In this document: piece by piece, positions 50,945 through 63,704 of the stretch
Numbering within the stretch: the stretch's first letter is position 1
Layout of the letters: every line of letters begins with the position of its first letter
Position numbers and translations under genes: made by a program
NCBI GenBank assembly: GCA_038087875.1
Contig: CM075989.1
Coordinates: 22,508,001 to 22,572,000 of the forward strand
DNA length: 64,000 bases
Direction: 5' to 3'
Origin: Malacoraja senta
Taxonomy: Eukaryota
Notes under the pieces: generated by a model
Databases searched by the model: none
What the model was told of the DNA's origin: nothing
The model's input: only the letters and a program-made list of their open reading frames with translations

Positions 50945-51041
50945 GTCTGAAGAAGGGTTTCGGCCCGAAACGTTGCCTGTTTCCTTCGCTCCATAGATGC
51001 TGCTGCACCCGCTGAGTTTCTCCAGCATTTTTGTGTACCTT
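50945..51041 (+). mobile_element. PLE 3' unit with hammerhead-like core and 16-bp TSD
   Basis: CTGAAGAAGGGTTTCGGCCCGAAACGTTGCC; CCCTTGTCTACAGGCT at 50929-44 and 51042-57. Confidence 0.85.
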
Positions 51042-51359
51042 CCCTTGTCTACAGGCTTGTGCTGAAGCTGCCACTGAAGAGAAAGTCTTTCATCGGCCAG
51101 CTTGCTACACTCCCCGTGGCTTTTGGCAATTGCAGAGATCTTTAGAAAAGACAAAAACAATGGTAGAAATCATAGCGGCAGACAGTGGGCATCAAACAGC
51201 AACAAACCGCAAACAAGGCTTGATCCCTTCAGGTGGTTACTAGTGGGTGGCCTATCCTGCTGCTCCATGTGCCGCAGCTATGCAACATTAAGAGGGAAGC
51301 ATATTGCTGGGGAGTTGAGCTGCAACATAGCAGCACTGATAGCAAGCGAGACTTGTACA

Positions 51360-51925
51360 TTGATTCCCCGGGTGCCGTTTGTATGGAGCGCGTGCGTTAT
51401 CCCTGTGACCGCGTGCGTTTTCTCCGGCAGCTCCAGTTTCCACTCACACTCCAAAGACGTACAATACTTGTAGGTCAATTGGCATGTGTAAATTGTAAAT
51501 TGTCCCTAGCGTATAGGATAGTGCTAGCGTAAGGGAACATCGCTGGTCAGTGTGGAGTTGGTGGGCCGAAGGGCCTTCGACCCCACGCTGTATCTTCAAA
51601 ATCTAAAGAATATGCCCAATTTTGTACACTGGTGGTGCAGCGGTAGAGTTGCTGTCTCACAGCGCCAGAGACCCGAGTCACATCCTAACTATGGGTTCTG
51701 TCTGTACGGAGTTTGCACGTTCTCCCTGTGAGTGCGTGGATTTTCTCCGGCTGCTCTGGTTCCCTCCCACACTCCAAAGACGTACAGGTTTGTAGGTTAA
51801 TTGATATCTGTACATTGTAAATTGTCCCTAGTGTATAGGATAGTGCTCGTGTACGAGATGATCGCCGCTCGGCGAGGATCTGCGGGCGGATGGGCCTGTT
51901 TCCGCGCTGTATCTCTAAAATCTAA
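51360..51925 (+). mobile_element. Two tandem V-SINE copies
   Basis: About 51360-51607 and 51631-51925. Confidence 0.8.
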
Positions 51926-52077
51926 GGACATGCCTAAATTTGCACACTGCTGGTAGGATGTGATGGCGGTCACTCTAATATTCCCATTCACTAAACGTCA
52001 GTCCCCTAAGAAATATTTTACATCGCGAGCTCAGCTTTCACCTGGCATCAATGCTGAACTGGCTGCGTGAAGACTTA

Positions 52078-52269
52078 CGAGCCTGTCCCACTTGGGCGAA
52101 GATTTTGTACATCCCAAAAATCCTGGGGCGCCGCGCGCGACCACGCATCACTGCCTACGACACCACGCACCAAGCACACATAATGCGCACCATGCGCGCG
52201 TCGTACGTCGTGACACGTGAATTATGTCGCGAAATGACGCGCAAATGATGCCCAAGTGGGACAGGCCCT
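52078..52269. mobile_element. PIF/Harbinger-like MITE (CpG-rich interior)
   Basis: TTA|CGAGCCTGTCCCACTTGGGC ... GCCCAAGTGGGACAGGCCCT|TTA. Confidence 0.85.
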
Positions 52270-52816
52270 TTATTCCTGACCTGTATTTACACAAGGCATT
52301 CCACCATCTCACTTAGTTGATCACCTGTTTACATTTCGAAGTGTGGAAAAATATCTCTCACAACCTATATAAATAGTATCTATTAAGTCTGAAGAAGGGT
52401 CACAACCCGAAACGTCACCCATCCTTTTTCTCCAGAGATGCTGCCTGTCCCGCTGATCAATACATACTTTACCACTACTAAATTTGCAGAAAGACAATAC
52501 ATGGTTTCATTCGGGCCATGCAGAGTGTACGAGTACACGATGAAGGGAATAATGAGAATAACGTTTAATGCAAGATAAAGTCCGATCAAAGATAGTCCGA
52601 GAGTCTCTGATGAGGTAGATGGTAGATAGACAAAAAAAGCTGGATTAACTCAACGGGTCAGGCAGCATCTCTGGAGAAAAGCAATAGGTAATGTTTCAGC
52701 TTGAGCACCTTCTACAACTCAGGACTGCTCTCTAGTTGTACTAAGTTTTCTCAGAAAATGTAGTTTAGTTTAGTATATTGTCACGGGCACCGAGGAACAG
52801 TGAGGAGTTTTTCGTC

Positions 52817-53016
52817 NNNNNNNNNNNNNNNNNNNNNNNNNNNNNNNNNNNNNNNNNNNNNNNNNNNNNNNNNNNNNNNNNNNNNNNNNNNNNNNNNNNN
52901 NNNNNNNNNNNNNNNNNNNNNNNNNNNNNNNNNNNNNNNNNNNNNNNNNNNNNNNNNNNNNNNNNNNNNNNNNNNNNNNNNNNNNNNNNNNNNNNNNNNN
53001 NNNNNNNNNNNNNNNN
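52817..53016. other. Assembly gap (200 N)
   Basis: Run of N. Confidence 0.99.
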
Positions 53017-53130
53017 TGTCCATATTGTGTGCAGGAAGGGACTGCAGATGCTGGTTTAAACCGAAGATAGACACAAAAAGCTGGAGTGACTCAGCGGGAC
53101 AGGCAGCATCGCTGGAAAAAAGGAATAGGT

Positions 53131-53158
53131 GACGTTTCGGGTCGAGACCCTTCTTCAG
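53131..53158 (-). ncRNA. Minimal hammerhead-ribozyme-like core in a PLE 3' unit (representative copy)
   Basis: Minus strand CTGAAGA-A-GGGT(CTCG)ACCC-GAAAC-GTC: CUGANGA box, stem II hairpin, GAAA box, palindromic ACGT stem III, GUC triplet. Stem I is weak. Confidence 0.5.
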
Positions 53159-53759
53159 ACTGAGAGTCAGGGGGAAAAGGAAAGGAGAGAGATATTAGAC
53201 GGTGATATACAGAGATAGTAGGGAAAACGAATGAAAGATTTGCAAATCAGTACCGATGAGTAAGGGAGCAGGACATTGTTAGCTGTGGCCGAGGCTGACT
53301 GACCCGCTGAGTTACTCCAGCTGTTTGTCTCCATATTGTGTATCATCCTACTTGTCCTGTAAGAACAAGACAGAGGAGCAGAATTGGGCCATTTGGCCCA
53401 TCTAGTCTGTTCTGTCATTCAAACATGGCTGATCAATTTTTCCTTCTCAACCCCATCCTCCTGCCTTTATTCCTGTAACCTTTGACGCCCTTACAAATCA
53501 AGAACTTATCAATTTCTGCTGTAAAGGTACCCAATGACTTGGCCTCCACCACCATCTGTGGCAATCAATTCCACAGCTTCACCACCCTCTGGCTAAAGGG
53601 TGGTGAAACTAAAGGGGGATGATCAGCAATGATCACATTGAATGGCGGTGTTGGCTCGAAGGGCCAAATGGCCTACTCCTGCACCTATTGTCTATTGTCT
53701 ATTGTCTATAAAGAAATTAATCTTCATATCCATTTTGAAAGTACATCCTTTCATTCTGA

Positions 53760-54510
53760 GGCTGTACGCTTTCCCTGTGGTTGCGTGGGTTTTCTCCAGG
53801 TGCTCCAGCTTCCTCCCACACTGCAAACACGTGCAGGTTTGTCAATTAATTGGCTTCAGTAAAATTGTAAATTGTCCCCAGGGTGCAGGACAGTGCTAGT
53901 GTACGGGATGATCGCTGGTGGGCGCGGACTCAGCTGGCCGAAGGGTCTGTTTCCGAGCTGTATCACTAAAGTCTAAAGTCTAAGGTAAACACTGCCAGAG
54001 CCTCCTTCCTCGATCTCTAACCTGACCAACGGGTTCTTTTGCCGGTGGGTAGAAGCCTTCGGTTCCGATATAATTTATGATAAAATGGGTTCAGATTTGG
54101 ATTAAAGGTGTATTTAAAGAGATCTTGTCCATGAAAGAAAATTCAAATTTACGATTCTGTCAGATGATAGGTGAAATGAGTACCAATTAGTCTGTTGTTC
54201 TATGATGGAAAATGAGAATGCAAATGGACTGAATATCCCCATGTTGATTTTGTCTAGTTTAGCGATACAGTGTGGAAACAGTCCCTTCGGCCCACCGAGT
54301 CCGCACCGACCAGCGATCCCCGCATATTAACACTACCGTACACATGCTCGGGATAATTTAACATTTATACCAAGCCAGTTAACCTACAAACCTGTACGTA
54401 CGTCTTTGGAGTGTGAGAAGAAACCGAAGATCTCGGAGAAAACCCACGCAGGTCACGGGGAGAACGGCGCGGTGAGGCAGCAACTCTACCACTGCGCCAT
54501 CGTGCCACCC
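53760..54510. mobile_element. V-SINE copies (about 53760-53983 plus; about 54255-54510 minus)
   Basis: Family match. Confidence 0.8.
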
Positions 54511-56059
54511 ACACCAGCAAGTTGTTAATTTTGCCTCTTTGGGCTTGTTTGCCTTATGTCTGTCTTACATCTGATGTAAAATTTGTAAATGGTTATTCTC
54601 CAGTGAATGACAGGAGATGATAGAACTCTGCTCCTTCCTCACCTTCTCCGAGGTGCAATACTTTGGGACGGTCAGTCTGATTTCTGCAGAGCAGAATTAG
54701 GGGCTTCAATGTAATTCACATTATTTGTCATTCACTCCAGATTGACAATGTAATTATAGTGATATTTGGCAACTTTTGAATAGCAAATTTGTCACCGTTG
54801 TAGCCCTGTCTGATAGTTAAATCATATTGCATTGAATCTGCCTTAATTTCCAGAATGTGACTTTTTATTTGATAAGAGACATTTTGGAATATTTGTTCCG
54901 ACAGCCTGATAGAAGCATTTTTCCTGGGATGTTAAGTTTAGACTTTAGACTTTAGAGATACAGCGGGGAAATAGGAACCTTTGGCCACTGATTCTGCGCC
55001 GATCGGTGATCACCCCCTATACTAGAAAGAAGATGGAGGAGGAATGTCTTTATTTAGAGGGTGGTGAATCTGTGGAACTCGTTGCCACAGACGGCTGTGG
55101 AGGCCAAGTCAGTGGATATTTTAAGGCAGAGATTGACAGATCTTGATTAGTACGGGTGCCAGGGGTTATGGGGGGAAGGCAGGAGAATGGGGTTGAGGTG
55201 GAAAGATAGATCAGCCATGATTGAATGGTGGAGTAGACTTGATGGGCCGAATGGCCTAACTCTGCTTCTAGAACATGAACTTATGAACTGCAAGAATGAC
55301 GATTGAAGGTACATTAGTTTCCAATCTCACTAATAGCATATGACGAGCTCTTTTTGCTCATAATGCAATCAGAAGGATTAGTAAGTGTTTTTAACAGCTG
55401 ACCGCACAATGGAACAAAATTGTAATCCTGGAAAAAAAGAAGCTTGCCAAAGTACAATGCGATGTCCCGTAAATTAGACCCAGTAAGGTGACTATTACCA
55501 ACAATGTGATCTCGTAAAATCTGCTTCAATCATGACAAATCCATTGACTCCCAGAATCTCTCACCATCTGACTTCCACTCTATAATTTAATTTGTCCCAC
55601 CTAGAACACTGAAAACTACAGCACACGATCAGGCCCTTCGGCCCACAATGTCCATGCTCAACATCACCAGATCCCCATCACTTAAGTATCAATATTAGTT
55701 TCAGTTTAGTTTATTGTCACGTGTACCGAGGTACAGGGAAAGGCACATATTAACAGAGGAAAGATACAGAAAAAACGTTTTTTAATGTGAAAATTAAAGG
55801 TTGGTCTCCTAGCAAAGCCAATACTTTGTGTTTCAATAAAAATGATGTCATTAGCATAGTCCAGTATTTATGTCTTATGTCCTATTAAGAACATATATCT
55901 AATACATTATCCCTCATTATCATCTCCTCCACAGTCAACAATGGACCATTGTGGGCTCTTTGGCCATTGGTGCCGGTTCTGATCTGTTCTGTACATTTTC
56001 CTACCTCTAGGTTCCCTCACCCCTGACTCTCAGTCTGAAGAAGGGTCTCGGCTTGAAAC

Positions 56060-56860
56060 ATACCTTCTCTGCATAACCCTTGACACCCTTACCAATCAAT
56101 AATCTGTCAATCTCCAATTTAAAAATATCCACTGACTTGGCCTCCACAGCCTTCTGTGGCAACGAATTCCACTGATTCACCACCCTCTGACTAAAGAAAT
56201 TCCTCCTCTTCTCCTTTCTAAAGGCACATCCATTTATTCTGATGCTATGGCCTCTGGTCCGAGATTCCCCCACTAGTGGAAACATCCTCTCCACATCCAC
56301 TCTATCCAGGCCAGTTACTATTCGGTAAGTTTCAATGAGGTCTTCCCTCATCCTTCTAAACTTTTAAGCCCCCCAACGTTCTAAACGGTTGGGTGGGCTG
56401 CCACCAAAAGCAAGGGAATACTGGAAAAGGCAGCTCTAAACCTCTGACAGCCGAGATTCGGACAGTTTGACATCTACTTGTAATGTAATTGAGGTGCATA
56501 AAATCATGAGATGAATAGATCAGGTAAACGCACAGAATTTCTTGCCCAGAGTAGGTGAATCGAGGACCAGAGGACATAGGTTTAAGGTGAAGGGGAAAAG
56601 ATTTAATAGGAATCTGAGGGGTAACTTTTTCACACAAAGATGTGGTGAGTGTATGGAACAAGCTGCCAGAGGAGGTAGTTGAGGCAGAGACTATCGCAAC
56701 ATTTAAGAAACAGTTAGACAGCTACATGGATTGGACAGGTTTGGAGAGATATGGACCAAACCGCAGGCAGGTGGAACTAGAGTCGCTGGGACATGTTGGC
56801 CGGTGTGGGAAAGTTGGACTAAAGGGCCAGTTTCCACGCTGTATCATTCTATGACTCTAA
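56060..56860. mobile_element. Divergently oriented CR1 fragments (about 56060-56360 minus; about 56490-56860 plus)
   Basis: MREDLIETYRIVTGLDRVDVERMFPLVGESRTRGH and VSVWNKLPEEVVEAETIATFKKQLD. Confidence 0.85.
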
Positions 56861-57699
56861 CACCACAGACATAATAGCTAACAAATCCCTGGCAGTTATT
56901 TTCCTTTCTGCTTATATCTTATATCTATTTGTGGTTCACAAATGAGAAGAAATTATATGTCTAAGTAGAGACCACTGTTGGACCTATTTATAGATGATGC
57001 CTAATGTATTCCATTCATTTGTCCATTAGTTTAAAGCTGGGATACAAAAGAATATCAAACATTCATATGCTATTATATCTCATTTTGATTCCTAACCCAC
57101 AGAGGAAAATGATTCTATTTTGAAGAAAACATAACATTTCAAAGATAATGGCAGTTTATACACCACACATCCATAATAGGTTTCACCTTTAAGAAAATCT
57201 TAGCCACAAAATTTCCCAAAAATTTCAAAGCTATTTATCATACTTTGCAAATTATGTAATCGTGCACTCACAACATTTTGTCTATTGTATTATCCAGGTT
57301 ATTTATTATGAAATATCTTTGAGGACTAAGGAACCACTGCCTTGTTGTGTTTCCACGTGAATTTAACATAGTTAGCTAGTAGGGTTACCTCAATATATTC
57401 ACCTGTATTCTATGATGAGAGCGTTCATGATTTGTATAAAACCAGGGGTTTAAAACCAAGTTCAGCACGGTGGCGCAGCGGTAGAGTTGCTGCCTCACAG
57501 CGCCAGAGACCCGGGTTAGATCCTGACTACGGGTGCTTTCTGTACGGGGTTTGTACGTTCTCCCCGTGACTGAGTGGGTTTTCTCCAGGTGCTCCGGTTT
57601 CCACCCACAATCCAAAAATGTGCAGGTTTGTAGGTTGCTGGTGAATTGGACAATGGGTGTGCACCCTGGTTTGGGGGGGAGGGGGGGGGAGAGGGAGGG

Positions 57700-57920
57700 G
57701 ACAGCAAAGGGAGAAGGGGAAAGGGGGAGTGTTATTTAAAATTGCACAACTCATTGCTTATACAGTTGGGTTGTAAGCTGCTCAAGGGAATTGGAGGTGC
57801 TGTTCCTCCAGTTTGCGTGTGAATTCATTCTGGCAATGGAGGAGGACCAGGAGAGAAAGGTCAGTGTGGGAATGGGAAGGGGAGTTAAAATGCTTAGCAA
57901 CCAGGAGATCCACGACACCA
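57700..57920 (-). pseudogene. Penelope-like GIY-YIG endonuclease C-terminal fragment
   Basis: VAKHFNSPSHSHTDLSLLVLLHCQNEFTRKLEEQHL. Confidence 0.8.
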
Positions 57921-58009
57921 TAGTGGACAGCAAGTTCCTTGTGTCTCTGGGCTAGACTTGCCACTGGTTCTTGTCATCCTGCAACATTGAGTTCCATTGA
58001 CTTGGATGG

Positions 58010-58460
58010 CAAAGATGATTTACGAGGACATTGCCAGGACTCGAGGGCTTGAGCTATAGGGAGCGGTTGACCAGGCTTGGAGTACAAGAGGATGAGGGGT
58101 GATCTTACGGAGGTGTACAAAATCATAGGAGGAATAGATCGGGTAGACACACAGAGTCTCTTGCCCATTTTAGGGGAATCAAGGACCGGAGGACATGGGT
58201 TTAAGGTGAAGGGGGGAAAGATTTAATAAGAACCCGGAGAGGTAACTTTTTCACACAAAGTGCGGTGGGTGTATGGAATGAGCTGCCGGAGGAGGTAGTT
58301 GAGGCAGGGACTATTGCAATGTTTAAGAAACAATTAGACAGGTACATGGATAGAGGGATGTGAGCCTAGTGCAGGCAGGTGGGACTAGCGTAGATAAAAC
58401 ATGTTGGTCGGTGTGGGCAGGTTGGGCCGAAGGGCCTGTTTCCATGCTGTATGGCTCTCT
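58010..58460 (+). mobile_element. CR1 LINE 3' fragment
   Basis: Family match to 23350-23740. Confidence 0.85.
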
Positions 58461-59904
58461 GACTTGTTGGGGATGAGTACATATGGCAGATGATGCTCTC
58501 CCATAGACAAACACAAAAAGCTGGAGTAACTCAGCGGGTCAGGCAGCATCTCTGGAGAAAAGGAATGGGTGACGTTTCAGGTCGGAACCCTTCTTCACAC
58601 TGATTATAGTAGGGGGGGGGGGGGAGAAGGCTGGAAAAGAACTCTCCCACAGTTTAGGTTAAGCAACTAAAGACTCATTTCTCTCTACTGAATTAATGAA
58701 CTTGCTTACAATCCTGGCTCATGCCGCATTGAAAAGTTTTACGTCCTTATCTGAAAACGATGTGTGTGTTTATTTGAACGTAAGCAATGGAATGTGGACA
58801 GTCGAATTAATATTGCAAAACGCTCTGCACTTAGTCGTTGAACCTTTGACCTTTGAAAATACACAGTTCATGTTGGCGTTCAGATGCTTTTACATTTTCT
58901 GTCTCCCTCTAGTTGACTGTTTGAAGGACAATTTGCAAGAAAATTAGCTGCTGATTTTGTGATACCTGCATGCGTCACGCACAAGCGTGGATTATAAACC
59001 ATTACACCCTTAGTTTAATATGCAGACACTCTTTAGAAAAAACATAAATTATTTCTGATCTGGCAGACAAGAATCCACTGTTGAACAGCCACTCAATGGA
59101 GAGGGCAGGAGAAGCAATGATGTGTGGTAATGAGTAATCTTATTACTCAATGGTCTGTGGTCGGTGCTGGCCTCTCGAACGGTAGAAGTGTCAGAGAGAT
59201 GAATAGCAGAGTGTCCCATTGAAAAATATGATTAATACCAGCCTCTGACCGGCTCTGAAGATGTCGGAGTAGCAGCTGGTTGGGCAACCCTTGCATGCCG
59301 GGAAAAATCCATTGGATGGCATTGGAGCAGAGAGGGCACAGCGTCAGACAAGCCCTCGTTGCGAGTGGGAGCGCTGGGTGGGGCAGGGGCAGGCAGAAGA
59401 GGCAGGGAGCCCCCTAGGCTTCTACTTCTGTGAGAAATTGGACAATCCAAATCAGACGAGAACGAGAGGGAGAGAGAAAACAAAAAAAAACACTTTTTAA
59501 GGCAATCAAAATTTCTGACTGCGCATTGGATAATTATATTGCCTTTCAATGTGTAAACATGTCAAGGGATGAGGTAGTTATTCATACTGCCCGACTACAC
59601 TCTCCCATACACTGAACTTTTTTCTCTCTAATAGAATGATTGATAAGAGGGAAGTGTGTGCTTTAAGAAGGAATTAATCATTCTACACGGTAATTTATTC
59701 ATCTGTTTCATCATCCACAGACTGTGATCACCTTGCTACAAAGCAGAGGGTATCTTCAACATTCTCTGCCATCTATAACCTCAATCAAAATTATTTTATT
59801 GGGGTACTATACAAAGGAGTTTTTCATTTACAGACGTAACCAAAATAGAGTGGCATTTTTGTGTGTATTGTACTCTCCTATCAGAGGTAGTACCCTATTA
59901 GGTA

Positions 59905-60365
59905 AGTCTAGTTTAGTTTAGTTTATTGTCACGTGTACTGAGGTACAGTGAAAAGCTTTTGTTGCATGCTCTCCAGTCAGCAGAAGGACAATACATGATT
60001 ACAATCGAGCCATTTACAGTGTATAGGTACATGATAAGGGAATAACGTTTAGTGCAAGGTAAAGCCAGCAAAGTCCATTCAAGGATTGTCCGAGGGTCAC
60101 GATTGAGGTAGATAGTAGTTCAGGACCGTTCTCTGGTTGTGGAGGGATGATTCAGTTGCCTGATAACAGCTGGGAAGAAACTGTCCCTGAATCTGGAGGT
60201 GTGCGTTTTCACACTTCTGTGTACTTTGCCTGATGGGAGAGGGTAGGATTCTTCCTTGATTATGCTGCTGGCCTTGCCGAGGCAGCGTGAGGTATCAATG
60301 GAGTCAATGGAAGGGAGGTTGGTTTGTGTGATGGTCTCGTCTTTGTCTGCAATTTGCTGCAATTT
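59905..60365 (-). mobile_element. Rex1/Babar LINE 3' fragment
   Basis: TITQTNLPSIDSIDTSRCLGKASSIIK...SRFRDSFFPAVIRQLN. Confidence 0.88.
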
Positions 60366-61059
60366 CTTGACGTTACAAATTTGAACTTACCCTGACCTTT
60401 TAATGGCCCTTATGCTATCATGCATCAATGAGTTATTTTAGTTAGTTTTGTTTAAAGATACAGCATGGAAACAGGCCCTTCAGCCCACTGGATCCGCACT
60501 GATCATTGATTACCCATTCACACCAATTCTATTTTATCCCACTCTCAAATCCACTCCCAACACATTAGTGGCAATTTACAGAGGCCAATAAACCTACATG
60601 TTTTTGGGATGTGGGAGGAAACCAGAGCACCTGGAGGAAACCCACGCGGTCACAGGGAGAACGTACAAACCACCACACAGACAGCGCCCGAGGTCAGGAT
60701 CGAACCGGGGTCTCTGACACTCCACAAACTCTACAAACTCCGCCACTGTACAGTTCTATTTCCATAATTGAGTTTTACGATCAGAATGATTCAGAAAGGA
60801 ATGATCTAATTGCTAATCAAAAAATGAAAGTTAAGTGGGGCATTATTTTGAAACTTGACAAGTCTTTCAGTGCTAGAAGGATTAATGATGAACATATTCT
60901 AATCTCCTTGGTGTTGAGATAGTTTTGGAGGATGCTGGTGTACCTGTATAAAAGGCGTGTCTAAAACTCCTCAGCACTATTTTAACATATACTGGGACTC
61001 ATTCATTTTAGCCCACTGTAGGACCCATTTATTTTATACTGAAGTCACTAATGGGTTAA

Positions 61060-61710
61060 GATCATAAGACATAGAAGAAATAGGTCATTCGGCCCATAGA
61101 GCATGCTCTGCCATTCAATCATGGTTGATCCATTTTTGTTCTCTCTCACCCCATTCTCCTGTCTTCTCCACCTGTAACCCTTGATGCTCTTACTAATCGA
61201 GAACCTTTCAATCCCCGCTTTAAAAATACCCAACGATATGGCCTCCACAGCTGTCCGGGGCAATGAATTCCACAGGTTCACCACCCTCTGGCTGAAGAAC
61301 TCCCTCCTCATCTCCATTATAAAGGTACATTCTTTCAGTCTGAGGCTAAATGTGCCCTCCATTCCTGCACTCTCCCACTAAGGGAAATATCCACTCCACA
61401 TCCACTCTATCCAGGCCTTTCACTATTCTGTATGTTTCAATGAGGTTCCCCCTCGTCCTTCTAAACACCAGCGAGTACAGGCCCAGAGCCGTCAAACGCT
61501 GCTCATATGTTAACCCACACATTTGCCGGGTCAAACCTCATCTGGACCCTCTCCAACCCCAGTGTACCCTCTCTCAGATATGGGGCCCAAAAACTCTCAC
61601 AGTCTTCCAAATATGGTCTGACCAATTTGGTATTCCAAATATGGCCTTATAAAACCTCAGCATTACATCCTTGTTTTTATATCCTAGTCCTTTTAAAATT
61701 AATGCTAACA
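61060..61710 (-). mobile_element. CR1 LINE 3' fragment
   Basis: LTYEQRLTALGLYSLVFRRTRGNLIETYRIVKGLDRVDVE; FFSQRVVNLWNSLP. Confidence 0.88.
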
Positions 61711-61711
61711 T

Positions 61712-62003
61712 TGGTAGAGTTGCTGCCTTAAAGCTCCAGAGACCCGGGTTCGATCCCAACTCTGGGTGCTGTCTGTACAGAGTTTGTACATTCTCCTTGT
61801 GACCTGCGTGGGTTTTCTCCGGGTGCTCCGGTTTCCCCCCACACTCCAAAGACGTACAGTTTTGTAGGTTAATTGGCTTCGGTAACATTGTAAGTTGACC
61901 CTTGTGTGCTTAGGATAGTGTTAGTGTGTGGGGATCGCTGGTCAGCGCGGACCTGGTGGGCCGAAGGGCCTGTTTCCACTCTGTATCTCTAAACTAAACT
62001 AAA
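61712..62003 (+). mobile_element. V-SINE copy
   Basis: Family match. Confidence 0.88.
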
Positions 62004-62169
62004 CCAAAACTTGGAAATATATCCTACAATGCAATTTCCAAACATGTGGTTTAGCATCAAGCATACATAGACCGTCCAATCTTCATGACCTATCATTGGA
62101 ATACTAATGTATCAATGCCAGTACATAGTCGGTAGTAAGGAAAGCCAATGAAATAGTCATACCGCATGG

Positions 62170-62585
62170 AAATAGACAATAGACAATAGGTGCAGGAGTG
62201 TAAGCCATTCGGCCCTTCGAGCCCTTCATGGCTGATCAAACCCAATCAGTACCCCATTCCTGCCTTCTCCCCATATTCCCTGACTCCGCTATCTTTAAGA
62301 GCCATACCTAGCTCTCTCTTGAAAGTATCCAGAGAACCGGCCTCCGCCACCCTCTGAGGCAGAGAATTCCACAGACTCACCACTCTCTGTGTGAAAAAGT
62401 GTTTCCTCGTCTCCGTTCTAAATGGCTTACCCCTTATTCTTAAGCTGTGGCCCCTGGTTCTGGACTCCCCCAACATCGGGAACATGTTTCCTGCCTCCAG
62501 CGTGTCCAAACCCTTAATAACCTTATATGTTTCAATAAGATACCCTCTCATCCTTCTAAACTGCAGAGGATACAAGCCCAGCCTA
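62170..62585 (-). mobile_element. CR1 LINE 3' fragment (young)
   Basis: RLGLYPLQFRRMRGYLIETYKVIKGLDTLEAGNMFPMLGESRTRGHSLRIRGKPFRTETRKHFFTQRVVSLWNSLP. Confidence 0.9.
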
Positions 62586-63223
62586 AATAGGGACATTGGC
62601 CCAACTTGCCCACACTGACCAATGTGTCCCATCGACACTAGTTCCACCTGCCTGCGTTTGGGCCATATCTCTCTATCTCCAGATCCCCGGCGCTGTGAGG
62701 CAGCAATTCTACCGCCGCGCCACCGTGCCGCCGCAGTGCATTGTGCGTTAGCGAGAAGGGAAGGGAGCAGTGCGGGACATCTGTTGCTGTTGCTTTTGGA
62801 TGGCTCGTTCCAACCTAAACTTTGGGACTCGGGGTTAATTAGCTGTGCTATATAAAGGCCTGCCCACCCAGTAGCCTGCCTCCTGAGGTTGCATGCACCT
62901 GAGCAGTGCTTCAACTATTTAAAGGGCCACAGCGTCTGAATCAGTTGTCACATTGATGTATTAATGGAGCTTTGCAAAGCAAATCCTTTGTGTACAGCCG
63001 AGCTGCAGGATGCATGTTCAATTGCTGACACAGAGAATACGTTTCAGGTTCTGCATGGGCCTGTCATTGTAAGTGCACTTTGAATTAACAACTCTTCAAG
63101 TTGATTTTGCTGCTTGCAGGAACCATGGTGTGTGTAAGCTTGATTCTTCTGTCTGTACTTTGTATAAAGGAAAATGTTCAATGAAATAAAAACACAGATG
63201 CTTCCATTCTGTCTTGTCGTCAA

Positions 63224-63525
63224 GTTTAGTTTAGTTTAGAGATACAGCGCAGAAACTGGCCCTTCGGCCCACCGAGTCCGTGCCAACCAGCGACCCCTGT
63301 ACTCTAGCATTATCCTGCACACACTCAGTACAATTTACTATTTTACCAAGCTAATTATCCTATGTGCATGTATTTGGAGTGTGGGAGAAAACCGGAGCGC
63401 CCGGAGAAAACCCACGCAGGTCACAGGGAGAACATACAAACACCTCGCAGATTGCACCCATAGATAGGATCAAACCCGGGTCTCTGGCGCTGTGAGGCAG
63501 CAACTCTACCGCTGTGGCACCGTGC
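63224..63525 (-). mobile_element. V-SINE copy
   Basis: Family match. Confidence 0.85.
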
Positions 63526-63704
63526 AGATTCTGCAGAAGTTCAACTTCTCAACTTTGATCTTCGCAGAGGACGGGTGATAAAGTCAGCTTCATGCAGTAA
63601 TTTAGCAAAGCTGCAGAATTAGTGTGAAGATAACAGCATGTGTATCAACTGTACAGAGGTGTCACTCCCAAGAGAATCTGGAGGACAACACTCTGACCAC
63701 AAGA

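Noticed and set aside
52778..53132. ORFs spanning X runs
   Set aside because: Artefacts of the 200-N assembly gap.
62246..62914. 222-aa minus-strand ORF
   Set aside because: Chance fusion of unique sequence, a SINE head and two CR1 fragments.
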